DNA of 13,021 nt, from NCBI GenBank assembly GCA_964454265.1, contig CAYVXD010000013.1, positions 35,797 through 48,817 on the forward strand, read 5' to 3'. Position numbers and translations under genes: made by a program. The stretch comes from an uncultured Candidatus Sumerlaeota bacterium. Lineage in GTDB: Bacteria; Sumerlaeota; Sumerlaeia; MWCT01; JAUWMI01. The notes beneath the pieces were generated by a model, which was not told where the DNA came from, did not search any database, and was given only the letters and a program-made list of their open reading frames with translations. Numbering within the stretch: position 1 is the stretch's first letter; the number at the start of each line of letters is the position of its first letter. Below are positions 1 through 5,946 of the stretch, piece after piece.

Positions 1-188
1 CGAAAAGGCTCAAAGAGCTTCTGGCAAAAGGAAGGGAGCTGCGAATACGGGATCTTAAATTAATGCTCAAGGAATTCACGGCCCAGCAGAAAGAGCGAAC
101 AGTCCGCAGAAAAGGGAAGGTCAATAAAGTGCTTGCGGAGTTTAAGAAAGACAGATTAGAAGCGGCAAACGCCTGGCGGGCTATGTAA
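1..188 (+). CDS. 3' end of a K/R/E-rich alpha-helical repeat protein, a paralog of the downstream GvpC-like gene (5'-partial; codon phase starts at nt 3; stop TAA 186-188)
   Basis: Translates as ...LKEFTAQQKERTVRRKGKVNKVLAEFKKDRLEAANAWRAM*. It shares the [LI][KR][GE]F...A(A)xxW motif vocabulary with the 308..910 protein (LKEF, LRGFEDEREKMAAEIEKMAAHWQ). It is not in the ORF track because it is truncated by the window edge. Confidence 0.4.
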   Translation, partial: KRLKELLAKGRELRIRDLKLMLKEFTAQQKERTVRRKGKVNKVLAEFKKDRLEAANAWRAM

Positions 189-307
189 AAGAAGATGGCT
201 CACAATAGGGCCAGCTCCCCCGAGGGTTTAAACATATATTCTCAGAAAAACAGTGGTAAAAAAGCGTTACTAGAAAACGCATAGAGCAGTGAAAGGAGGA
301 GGCAAAA

Positions 308-910
308 ATGGCATTAGCTGCTGAAATGAAGGGACTATGTGACGACATCATCGCCTCGTATGATACGCGAGTAAAAGCGCTAGGAGACCTGACTACCGAT
401 GTTCACAAAACGCTCAAAGGATTTACGGCTGACAGGAAGAAGATGAGTGAACAGCAGGCCAAGGCATTGGCAAGTTTTATTGGGGACTTAACTAAAGATG
501 TCGGCAACATGATAAAAGGCTTTCGGAAAGACCATAAGGCTATGGCTGGTGAACTGAAGGATAGCCTTAGGAAAAATGTTAAGGATATTGAGACTTATAC
601 GAAAAGCAAACTCAAGGAATTCAACGATGCACACGCCGGGATGAGCACAGCGCTTAAGAAAGACCTGGCCAAATATGTCTCGGGTATGGTCAGCGAAACC
701 AGCAAGCTGCTCAGGGGTTTTGAGGATGAAAGAGAAAAGATGGCGGCTGAAATAGAAAAAATGGCAGCTCATTGGCAGACTCTAACTGCTACTATGGCCA
801 AGAAAAGGGGAGGCAAGCCTGTTGTTGTCTCAGCTAAAGAAGAAGTGATGACGGTTGAGGAAGCCGTGGCCAAAAGAGGCAAGAAAAGAGGCAGGAAAAA
901 GAAGAAGTAA
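308..910 (+). CDS. gvpC: GvpC-like gas-vesicle surface protein with four exact 33-residue repeats and a polybasic C-terminal tail
   Basis: A strong SD (AGGAGGAGG) sits 8 nt upstream of ATG 308. The motifs LKGF(aa36), IKGF(aa69), LKEF(aa102) and LRGF(aa135) are spaced exactly 33 aa apart, i.e. 99 nt. Each is followed by xDxxxM (ADRKKM, KDHKAM, DAHAGM, DEREKM). The 33-aa periodicity is the hallmark of GvpC. The tail KRGKKRGRKKKK is unusual. Confidence 0.5.
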   Translation: MALAAEMKGLCDDIIASYDTRVKALGDLTTDVHKTLKGFTADRKKMSEQQAKALASFIGDLTKDVGNMIKGFRKDHKAMAGELKDSLRKNVKDIETYTKSKLKEFNDAHAGMSTALKKDLAKYVSGMVSETSKLLRGFEDEREKMAAEIEKMAAHWQTLTATMAKKRGGKPVVVSAKEEVMTVEEAVAKRGKKRGRKKKK

Positions 911-946
911 AAGCTGACTAACCTCAGCCTTATAGGACGGATTAAA

Positions 947-983
947 CGTAAGTTCATTGGCTGAACTTACGCCCAGCTTTTTT
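947..983 (+). terminator. Putative intrinsic terminator after the gvpC-like gene
   Basis: A 10-bp perfect inverted repeat cGTAAGTTCA(947-956)/TGAACTTACg(962-971) has a 5-nt loop. A TTTTTT run lies at 978-983, 6 nt downstream; a second short GCTG/CAGC stem directly abuts the T-run. Confidence 0.4.
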
Positions 984-1071
984 CCGATACCAGGAAGCGG
1001 GATGCGATTTGCACTTTCCAGCTGCGTTCGCTTCGTCCATAACCGAGGTGCACATTTGGGAGGGGAAGACT

Positions 1072-1401
1072 ATGAGTGAGATCACGTGTGCCTTTTGTAG
1101 AGGCATAGGAAAAGACCCCTTCAATCTGCTATCCGAGCTTGCCACCTGCCAGGTATGCGCAGGCACAGGTAAAGTCGAGATTATGGAGCCGGCGATCGCG
1201 TGCGCCTTTTGTAAAGGCACTGGCGTCTATCCCCATGGTGTCCGAGTGACCTGTACTGTATGCAATGGAAAGGGGATGGTTACAGTAAAAGGTAGCACTG
1301 ATGAATGCCCTCACTGTAAAGGCACTGGCCAGGCACTAGACAGCGGCCTTCCCTGTCTAGAATGCGGAGGTAAAGGGGTGGTAACTAGAAAAGCAGCCTG
1401 A
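1072..1401 (+). CDS. Small DnaJ-CR-type zinc-finger protein, 6x CxxCxGxG (paralog 1)
   Basis: RBS GGGAGGGG at 1058-1065 precedes ATG 1072; the ORF-track start at 1009 is a non-ATG upstream extension. Motifs are CAFCRGIG, CQVCAGTG, CAFCKGTG, CTVCNGKG, CPHCKGTG and CLECGGKG. This is the cysteine-rich repeat pattern of the DnaJ/Hsp40 zinc-finger domain, occurring here without a J domain. Confidence 0.75.
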   Translation: MSEITCAFCRGIGKDPFNLLSELATCQVCAGTGKVEIMEPAIACAFCKGTGVYPHGVRVTCTVCNGKGMVTVKGSTDECPHCKGTGQALDSGLPCLECGGKGVVTRKAA

Positions 1402-1472
1402 CTTGCGGTAATAGGGTTCTTTTTGAACACAAAAAGAAAACAAGAATTTAACGAGAGAGGAGAAAGATAGAG

Positions 1473-2387
1473 ATGATTAATGAGATGACTACAGTACTTG
1501 AACCGAGTCCTCTGCCAGACTTTGTGGAAACAAAATATATAAAGGATATTGCCAAAAGGGCTCTTTCCTATATTAAGGCTGGTTTTCCTGTTCACTTTAG
1601 AGGGACTTCTGGCACTGGCAAGACAACACTTGCCATGCACATAGCAAGCAAGATCAAAAGACCCGTGGTACTGATTCATGGAGATGAGGAGTTCACCACT
1701 TCTGATTTAGTGGGCGGTGAATACGGCTATAGGATTAGGAAAGTTGTTGATCGCTTTGTATCCCGAGTTTTGAAGTTGGAAGAGGATATGGTAAAACGTT
1801 GGGTGGATAATCGGTTAACCATAGCCTGTAAATACGGATTTACTTTAATATATGATGAGTTCACACGTTCACGGCCAGAGGCAAATAATATTCTCCTTTC
1901 TATTTTACAGGAGAAGATGATGGATTTGCCAGTAGGAAGAGGTGGAGAGGACCCGTATTTAAAGGTTGATCCGGATTTTACGGCTATTTTCACGAGCAAC
2001 CCTGAGGAGTATGCAGGAGTTCATAGAAGTCAGGACGCTTTACGGGATAGAATGGTAACTATGGATTTAGACCACTTTGACTTCGATACAGAAGTCGCTA
2101 TCACCCAGGCTAAATCCAAACTCTCTAGACCACATGCTGAAATGATAGTTGCTATTGTAAGGGGGTTGAGAGAATCCGGAAAATGTGAGTTCGCGCCCAC
2201 CATCCGCGGCTGTATTATGATTGCCAAGACCCTTAAAGTTCAAGGTTTTACAGCTGTCAGCTCTAATGGTGCCTTTACGCAGATTTGTCAGGATATACTC
2301 GCTTCTGAGACAAGCAGAGTAGGTTCAAAGACCAACCAGACCAGGGTGAAAGAGATAGTTAAGGAGCTGATTAAAAAGTACAGTTAA
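1473..2387 (+). CDS. gvpN: Gas vesicle protein GvpN (AAA+ ATPase, CbbQ/NirQ/GvpN family)
   Basis: RBS GAGAGGAG lies upstream. Walker A is FRGTSGTGKTTLAMHIA, and a Walker B-like TLIYDEF follows. The ~300-aa length and the single AAA module are typical of GvpN. Confidence 0.85.
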   Translation: MINEMTTVLEPSPLPDFVETKYIKDIAKRALSYIKAGFPVHFRGTSGTGKTTLAMHIASKIKRPVVLIHGDEEFTTSDLVGGEYGYRIRKVVDRFVSRVLKLEEDMVKRWVDNRLTIACKYGFTLIYDEFTRSRPEANNILLSILQEKMMDLPVGRGGEDPYLKVDPDFTAIFTSNPEEYAGVHRSQDALRDRMVTMDLDHFDFDTEVAITQAKSKLSRPHAEMIVAIVRGLRESGKCEFAPTIRGCIMIAKTLKVQGFTAVSSNGAFTQICQDILASETSRVGSKTNQTRVKEIVKELIKKYS

Positions 2388-2417
2388 CCATCTAGGGAGG
2401 AAAGTCAAACGACTCTT

Positions 2418-2579
2418 ATGCGAGCATTTTCTAAAGTAGATAAACGTGGGAACATAAAGATTCCTGCCAATATTCAGCGAGCTGCAAGCCTTAAACAAGG
2501 CGAATTGCTTGAGCTGAAGATTGTGGGGGCAACGAGAAAGAAGAACGTTTTGGTTTCGGCCAGAGGTAGTACGAGGTAG
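2418..2579 (+). CDS. 53-aa AbrB/SpoVT (MazE-like swapped-hairpin) family small DNA-binding protein, putative regulator
   Basis: Not in the ORF track because it is under 60 aa. It translates as MRAFSKVDKRGNIKIPANIQRAASLKQGELLELKIVGATRKKNVLVSARGSTR*. The pattern 'KVDKRGNIKIPANIRRA..L..GE.LEL' matches the SpoVT/AbrB N-terminal domain signature (kvD.kGRivIPkeiRe.lgi..Gd.lel). GGGAGG lies upstream. Confidence 0.5.
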   Translation: MRAFSKVDKRGNIKIPANIQRAASLKQGELLELKIVGATRKKNVLVSARGSTR

Positions 2580-2612
2580 ATCTCCAAATTTTTTCATGTA
2601 GGGGCGATAACA

Positions 2613-2945
2613 ATGAGAGATGTGAACACTTTAAAAGGACTCCATTCAGCAAGAACTATACATAGCACAAGGAAACGTTCAATACCCAGAATTCAGAGCT
2701 CACCCTATTTAGATTTATATATGCTTAATAAAGAGAAAGAAAGGCTTGTGAAAGAAGATCAAAGACTATCTATGAGGAAGGATGCCATTAAAAAGCGCCT
2801 GGAAGAAATAGACCTGGAAATGAATAAGATAGAAGAATCTGGGGCAGCCGAGAGAGCCAATAGACAAGCGGGTTCTTTAGAACACGCTTCTACTGAAGGC
2901 AATGATATCAAAAAAGAATGGAAGAAGCTTCGTTTAAACTATTGA
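2613..2945 (+). CDS. Hypothetical charged coiled-coil protein (possible gvp accessory protein)
   Basis: RBS GTAGGGG sits 8 nt upstream of ATG 2613. The C-terminal half is heptad-like and K/E-rich (LNKEKERLVKEDQRLSMRKDAIKKRLEEIDLEMNKIEE). It is co-oriented and tightly spaced with its neighbours. Confidence 0.5.
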   Translation: MRDVNTLKGLHSARTIHSTRKRSIPRIQSSPYLDLYMLNKEKERLVKEDQRLSMRKDAIKKRLEEIDLEMNKIEESGAAERANRQAGSLEHASTEGNDIKKEWKKLRLNY

Positions 2946-2963
2946 TTTCTTAAAGCGAGTCGC

Positions 2964-3374
2964 ATGCATTGGGAGACATTCAATTTTAAGGCCAGCAGGA
3001 CCAGGCTAGGTCGAACAATAGGCCGTGTTCTAGAAGGCAGGAAGTTTACCTGTTCCTTATGTGCTGGTACAGGGATACTGCCCAGGAGCAAAGGCATAGA
3101 ATGTCCAGTATGTAAAGGTGCGGGCATAATCAATTTACAGGGACCTGTAGTTGTATGTGCTTATTGTAAAGGCAGAGGCGACTATCCGGCCAGAACAAAT
3201 ATTACCTGTACCGTCTGTGGAGGGAAAGGCCTGGTTAGTATTACCGAGCCTGTTGAAATATGTAAACATTGCAGGGGAACCGGCGCAGAGCCAGAGAATA
3301 AACTTCCTTGCCTGGAATGCAGAGGTAAAGGTGTTGTTCCTCGTTTTGTTCCGGCTGAGTCTCACTCCGAGTAA
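2964..3374 (+). CDS. Small DnaJ-CR-type zinc-finger protein, 6x CxxCxGxG (paralog 2)
   Basis: Motifs are CSLCAGTG, CPVCKGAG, CAYCKGRG, CTVCGGKG, CKHCRGTG and CLECRGKG, colinear with the 1072..1401 protein. The RBS is weak, and the start lies 18 nt after the upstream stop, so translational coupling is likely. Confidence 0.7.
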   Translation: MHWETFNFKASRTRLGRTIGRVLEGRKFTCSLCAGTGILPRSKGIECPVCKGAGIINLQGPVVVCAYCKGRGDYPARTNITCTVCGGKGLVSITEPVEICKHCRGTGAEPENKLPCLECRGKGVVPRFVPAESHSE

Positions 3375-3423
3375 AACGAGGGATTACGAAGTCAAAATGG
3401 ATGATTAGAAAGGAGAAAAGATC

Positions 3424-3696
3424 ATGAAAGTAGAAGAAGTAAATAAGGCAATCGTAGAGTTTTTGAAATCTACTGTTAATGCAAATGCTCGAGATGCGAA
3501 AGTAATAAAGGTGGAGAGGTCGCAAGATGGGTGGATAGGTGAGGCTGAAGTTTTTGAGGAGAGTGCATTTATTAAATCTTTAGGTCTACCTACAAAGGTT
3601 CAGGATAGAAATATCTATGAGATTAAATTAACTGATACCCTGGAAGTAATTTCTTATTCACGAAAACATGCATCTTTAGGGGTTGAAAATGGCTGA
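3424..3696 (+). CDS. gvpO: GvpO-like gas vesicle protein
   Basis: RBS AGGAG lies upstream. The core VIKVERSQDGWIGEAEVFEE...YEIKLTDTLEVISYSRKH matches the conserved GvpO C-terminal pattern (V.rv...dG.W.v.vEvvE...IP...D....YEv.ld..g.l..y.R), as recalled from haloarchaeal and bacterial GvpO. The stop overlaps the start of the next gene. Confidence 0.6.
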   Translation: MKVEEVNKAIVEFLKSTVNANARDAKVIKVERSQDGWIGEAEVFEESAFIKSLGLPTKVQDRNIYEIKLTDTLEVISYSRKHASLGVENG

Positions 3697-4015
3697 TCAG
3701 ATAGTTCATGCAGTTCAAGCAACAAATCTGGCGGATATATTAGAAAGGGTCTTAGATAAAGGTATAGTTATCGCTGGAGATATTAAGATTCAACTTGCTG
3801 ACATTGATCTTCTCAACATCAAGATAAGGCTTTTGATTGCCTCCGTAGATAAAGCCATGGAAATGGGGATAAATTGGTGGCAACACGATTCTTATCTTTG
3901 CGCCAATTCGAAAGAGACGGAGCTAGAGCAAGAAAATCACTCTCTGAAGAAAGAGTTTAAATCGCTTAAGTCAAAAGTGGAGGACGTAATTTCAAAGTAT
4001 AAGAGACAAGAATGA
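3689..4015 (+). CDS. GvpA/J/M-family gas vesicle structural protein (GvpJ-like, with a charged coiled-coil C-terminal extension)
   Basis: NLADILERVLDKGIVIAGDIKIQLADIDLLNIKIRLLIASVDKAMEMG is the conserved GvpA-family core (LaevlDRiLDKGvVi.adi.vsl.dieLL.i..R.viASv). AGGGG lies 6 nt before ATG 3689; the track's start at 3683 is a non-ATG extension. The sequence 'GDIKIQLAD' resembles GvpJ/M more than the GvpA 'AWVRVSLVG'. Confidence 0.8.
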   Translation: MADQIVHAVQATNLADILERVLDKGIVIAGDIKIQLADIDLLNIKIRLLIASVDKAMEMGINWWQHDSYLCANSKETELEQENHSLKKEFKSLKSKVEDVISKYKRQE

Positions 4016-4069
4016 TTTGAAATTCTCTGAGAGGCAATATCTTCGCAGTAACTATTAGCTGGAGGGGAA

Positions 4070-4351
4070 ATGAGCTGGCGAGCGACGGAGTGCACCAATC
4101 AAAATGTAGCGCGAGTCCATGAAGTTTCTGCCAAGGATGTCTATACGTGTGGTATTTGCGGGGGCACAGGTCTTTTGTTTTCTAAAGTGGGCATAGAACA
4201 CCCTGTTTGTTCAGGCGAAGGGAAAGCAAATATCCCGCACTTGGCTGTAATTTGTGCCTACTGTGATGGAACAGGCAAGAGGAATGAAAGGAGTGGCCTC
4301 CCTTGCCTGTATTGTTTATTTTGGGATAGATGCCGGGGACGCGACTATTAG
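4070..4351 (+). CDS. Degenerate DnaJ-CR-type zinc-finger protein (paralog 3; motifs partly eroded)
   Basis: RBS GGAGGGG immediately precedes ATG 4070. Motifs are CGICGGTG, HPVCSGEG (the first Cys is replaced by His), CAYCDGTG and CLYC, followed by a non-canonical tail (LFWDRCRGRDY). This gives only about 3.5 motifs against 6 in the paralogs. Confidence 0.6.
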   Translation: MSWRATECTNQNVARVHEVSAKDVYTCGICGGTGLLFSKVGIEHPVCSGEGKANIPHLAVICAYCDGTGKRNERSGLPCLYCLFWDRCRGRDY

Positions 4352-4463
4352 GCAGGTTCAGCCCTGGCCTCTTTGTGGAGAAATATCGAGCAGGAGAATA
4401 AAGAGCTTTCTTCATTCAGGATAAAATTTCCTCCCTAAAAAGAGGAAGAGGCGGGTAGCTACT

Positions 4464-5003
4464 ATGGGAAAAGAAAAAGAGAAAAAAGAAGATGAAGAAT
4501 TGGATATTGATTTTGGCATAGGTAGATTAGGCCTGAGGGGTTTATTTCAAGGCATAGAGAACTTGGTAGATCTTGCAGCGAAATTGAAAGAGGCAGGCGG
4601 CGAAATCAAGAAAGAAGGCGAAATTGACTTAAGCCATCTTAAAGAAGGTATGAAGGGAGTTTTTGGTTTCTCAATAAAGACAGCGGTGGGAGGGAAGCCA
4701 GTAGTCGAGTCGTTTGGTAACATCAAAAGGACTCCTAGGGGCCCTACTGTTGAAGAAGAAAGAGAACCTATTATAGACATCTTTGACGAAGAAGGAGAAG
4801 AGGTTCGACTGTACGCTGAAATGCCAGGCGTCAATGAAGAAGATATAAAGCTGGATTTAAAAGAGGATATTCTTGATATTTCAGCGCAGACCGGAGACAG
4901 AAAATACCACAAAGAAGTTTTACTCCCGGCAAAAGTTGAACCTGAGAGCCTTACGTCGAGTTATAGAAATGGTATTTTGGAAATAATAACGAAGAAATGT
5001 TAA
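4464..5003 (+). CDS. Hsp20/alpha-crystallin family small heat-shock protein (GvpH-like)
   Basis: The C-terminal alpha-crystallin domain reads EPIIDIFDEEGEEVRLYAEMPGVNEEDIKLDLKEDILDISAQ...YHKEVLLPAKVEPESLTSSYRNGILEI. The N-terminus is an acidic, K/E-rich region. Haloarchaeal GvpH is an Hsp20-like protein. Confidence 0.75.
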   Translation: MGKEKEKKEDEELDIDFGIGRLGLRGLFQGIENLVDLAAKLKEAGGEIKKEGEIDLSHLKEGMKGVFGFSIKTAVGGKPVVESFGNIKRTPRGPTVEEEREPIIDIFDEEGEEVRLYAEMPGVNEEDIKLDLKEDILDISAQTGDRKYHKEVLLPAKVEPESLTSSYRNGILEIITKKC

Positions 5004-5008
5004 ATTAA

Positions 5009-5944
5009 ATGGCATTGGCCGACATAAGAGAAGATGGGTTAAAATTAATTCTATTCGGAGGGAAAGGCGGTGTGGGAAAGACGACCTGTGCCTCAAGCAC
5101 AGGTCTTTATTTAGCTAAAGATTTTAAGACCCTGCTTGTTTCTACGGACCCAGCCCATTCGTTATCTGACAGTTTAGGGCAAAACATTGGTGACGAGATT
5201 AGCGAAATAAAAGGAATAAGAAACTTAAGCGCTGTTGAAGCAAGCGCGGAAAAGGCCCTTTCAAGATTCAAAATAGAATACGAAGATGAGATAAAAAAGA
5301 TTTTAGATACCTCTACTTATTTGGACCAGGAAGATATTGACTCTGTCTTTGACTTGCCTATTCCAGGTCTGGATGAGGTAATGGGATTCAAGACGATCAT
5401 TGATCTTATTGATGAGGCGGAGTTCGACAAATACATTGTTGATACGGCGCCTACCGGCCACGCGCTGAGACTTCTGGCCTTGCCGGATCTGCTTGATGAC
5501 TGGATCAAAGTGGTGGCGAAGATGAGATGGAAGTATCGGTATATGATCGACAGATTTGCCGGAAGGTACAACCCGGACGAAGGCGATGACTTTTTGCTGA
5601 CTATGAAGAAGACGGTAAAGAGGATAGAAGGCCTACTTCGCGATAAAAAAAGATGCGAATTCATAGCAGTTACAATCCCAGAAGAAATGGCCATTTTGGA
5701 GACTGACAGACTGATTAACAGTTTAGGCAGCTATGGGATGAAGGTGAAACGGCTCATTATTAATAATGTATTAGAATCAAGAGATTGTGCATTTTGCCGA
5801 GAAAGAAAAAAGGAACAAGAGAAATATATCGGCAAGATAAGAAGGAAATTCAGCAGCCTCCAGATAACAATTACTCCATTACAACCTAGAGAGGTTAGAG
5901 GGATACAAGACCTGGAGAATTTCAAAGAGCTGCTATTTGGGTAA
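5009..5944 (+). CDS. Get3/ArsA-family P-loop ATPase (anion-transporting ATPase-like)
   Basis: The deviant Walker A is [10 protein letters not shown]. The Get3/ArsA signature [12 protein letters not shown] is present. A CxxC pair (CAFCRERKK) sits near the C-terminus, resembling the Zn-binding dimerisation CxxC of Get3-type proteins. It starts 5 nt after the Hsp20 stop. Confidence 0.8.
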   Translation: MALADIREDGLKLILFGGKGGVGKTTCASSTGLYLAKDFKTLLVSTDPAHSLSDSLGQNIGDEISEIKGIRNLSAVEASAEKALSRFKIEYEDEIKKILDTSTYLDQEDIDSVFDLPIPGLDEVMGFKTIIDLIDEAEFDKYIVDTAPTGHALRLLALPDLLDDWIKVVAKMRWKYRYMIDRFAGRYNPDEGDDFLLTMKKTVKRIEGLLRDKKRCEFIAVTIPEEMAILETDRLINSLGSYGMKVKRLIINNVLESRDCAFCRERKKEQEKYIGKIRRKFSSLQITITPLQPREVRGIQDLENFKELLFG

Positions 5945-5946
5945 TT

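Noticed and set aside
1009-1071. ORF-track start at 1009 for the first zinc-finger protein
   Set aside because: It is a non-ATG upstream extension through an RBS-less leader. ATG 1072 has GGGAGGGG 6-7 nt upstream and gives a protein colinear with its paralogs.
488-1220. Minus-strand ORFs 488..772, 769..957 and 954..1220 (62-94 aa)
   Set aside because: They are antisense to the well-supported gvpC-like and zinc-finger genes, they lack an RBS, and their low-complexity translations (e.g. FYFFFFLPLFLPLL) are mirror images of the K/E-rich + strand codons. They are spurious.
1417-1438. AT-rich inverted repeat TTCTTTTTG/CAAAAAGAA after the first zinc-finger gene
   Set aside because: It is a 9-bp A/T-only stem with no following U-tract and low stability. 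It is unlikely to be a terminator, and gvpN starts 35 nt downstream with its own RBS, consistent with read-through.
5009-5944. Interpretation of the ArsA-like gene as arsenic resistance
   Set aside because: No arsR/arsB/arsC/arsD partners are nearby. The gene has a single ATPase domain rather than the duplicated ArsA, and a Get3-like CxxC. Its context fits a chaperone role better.
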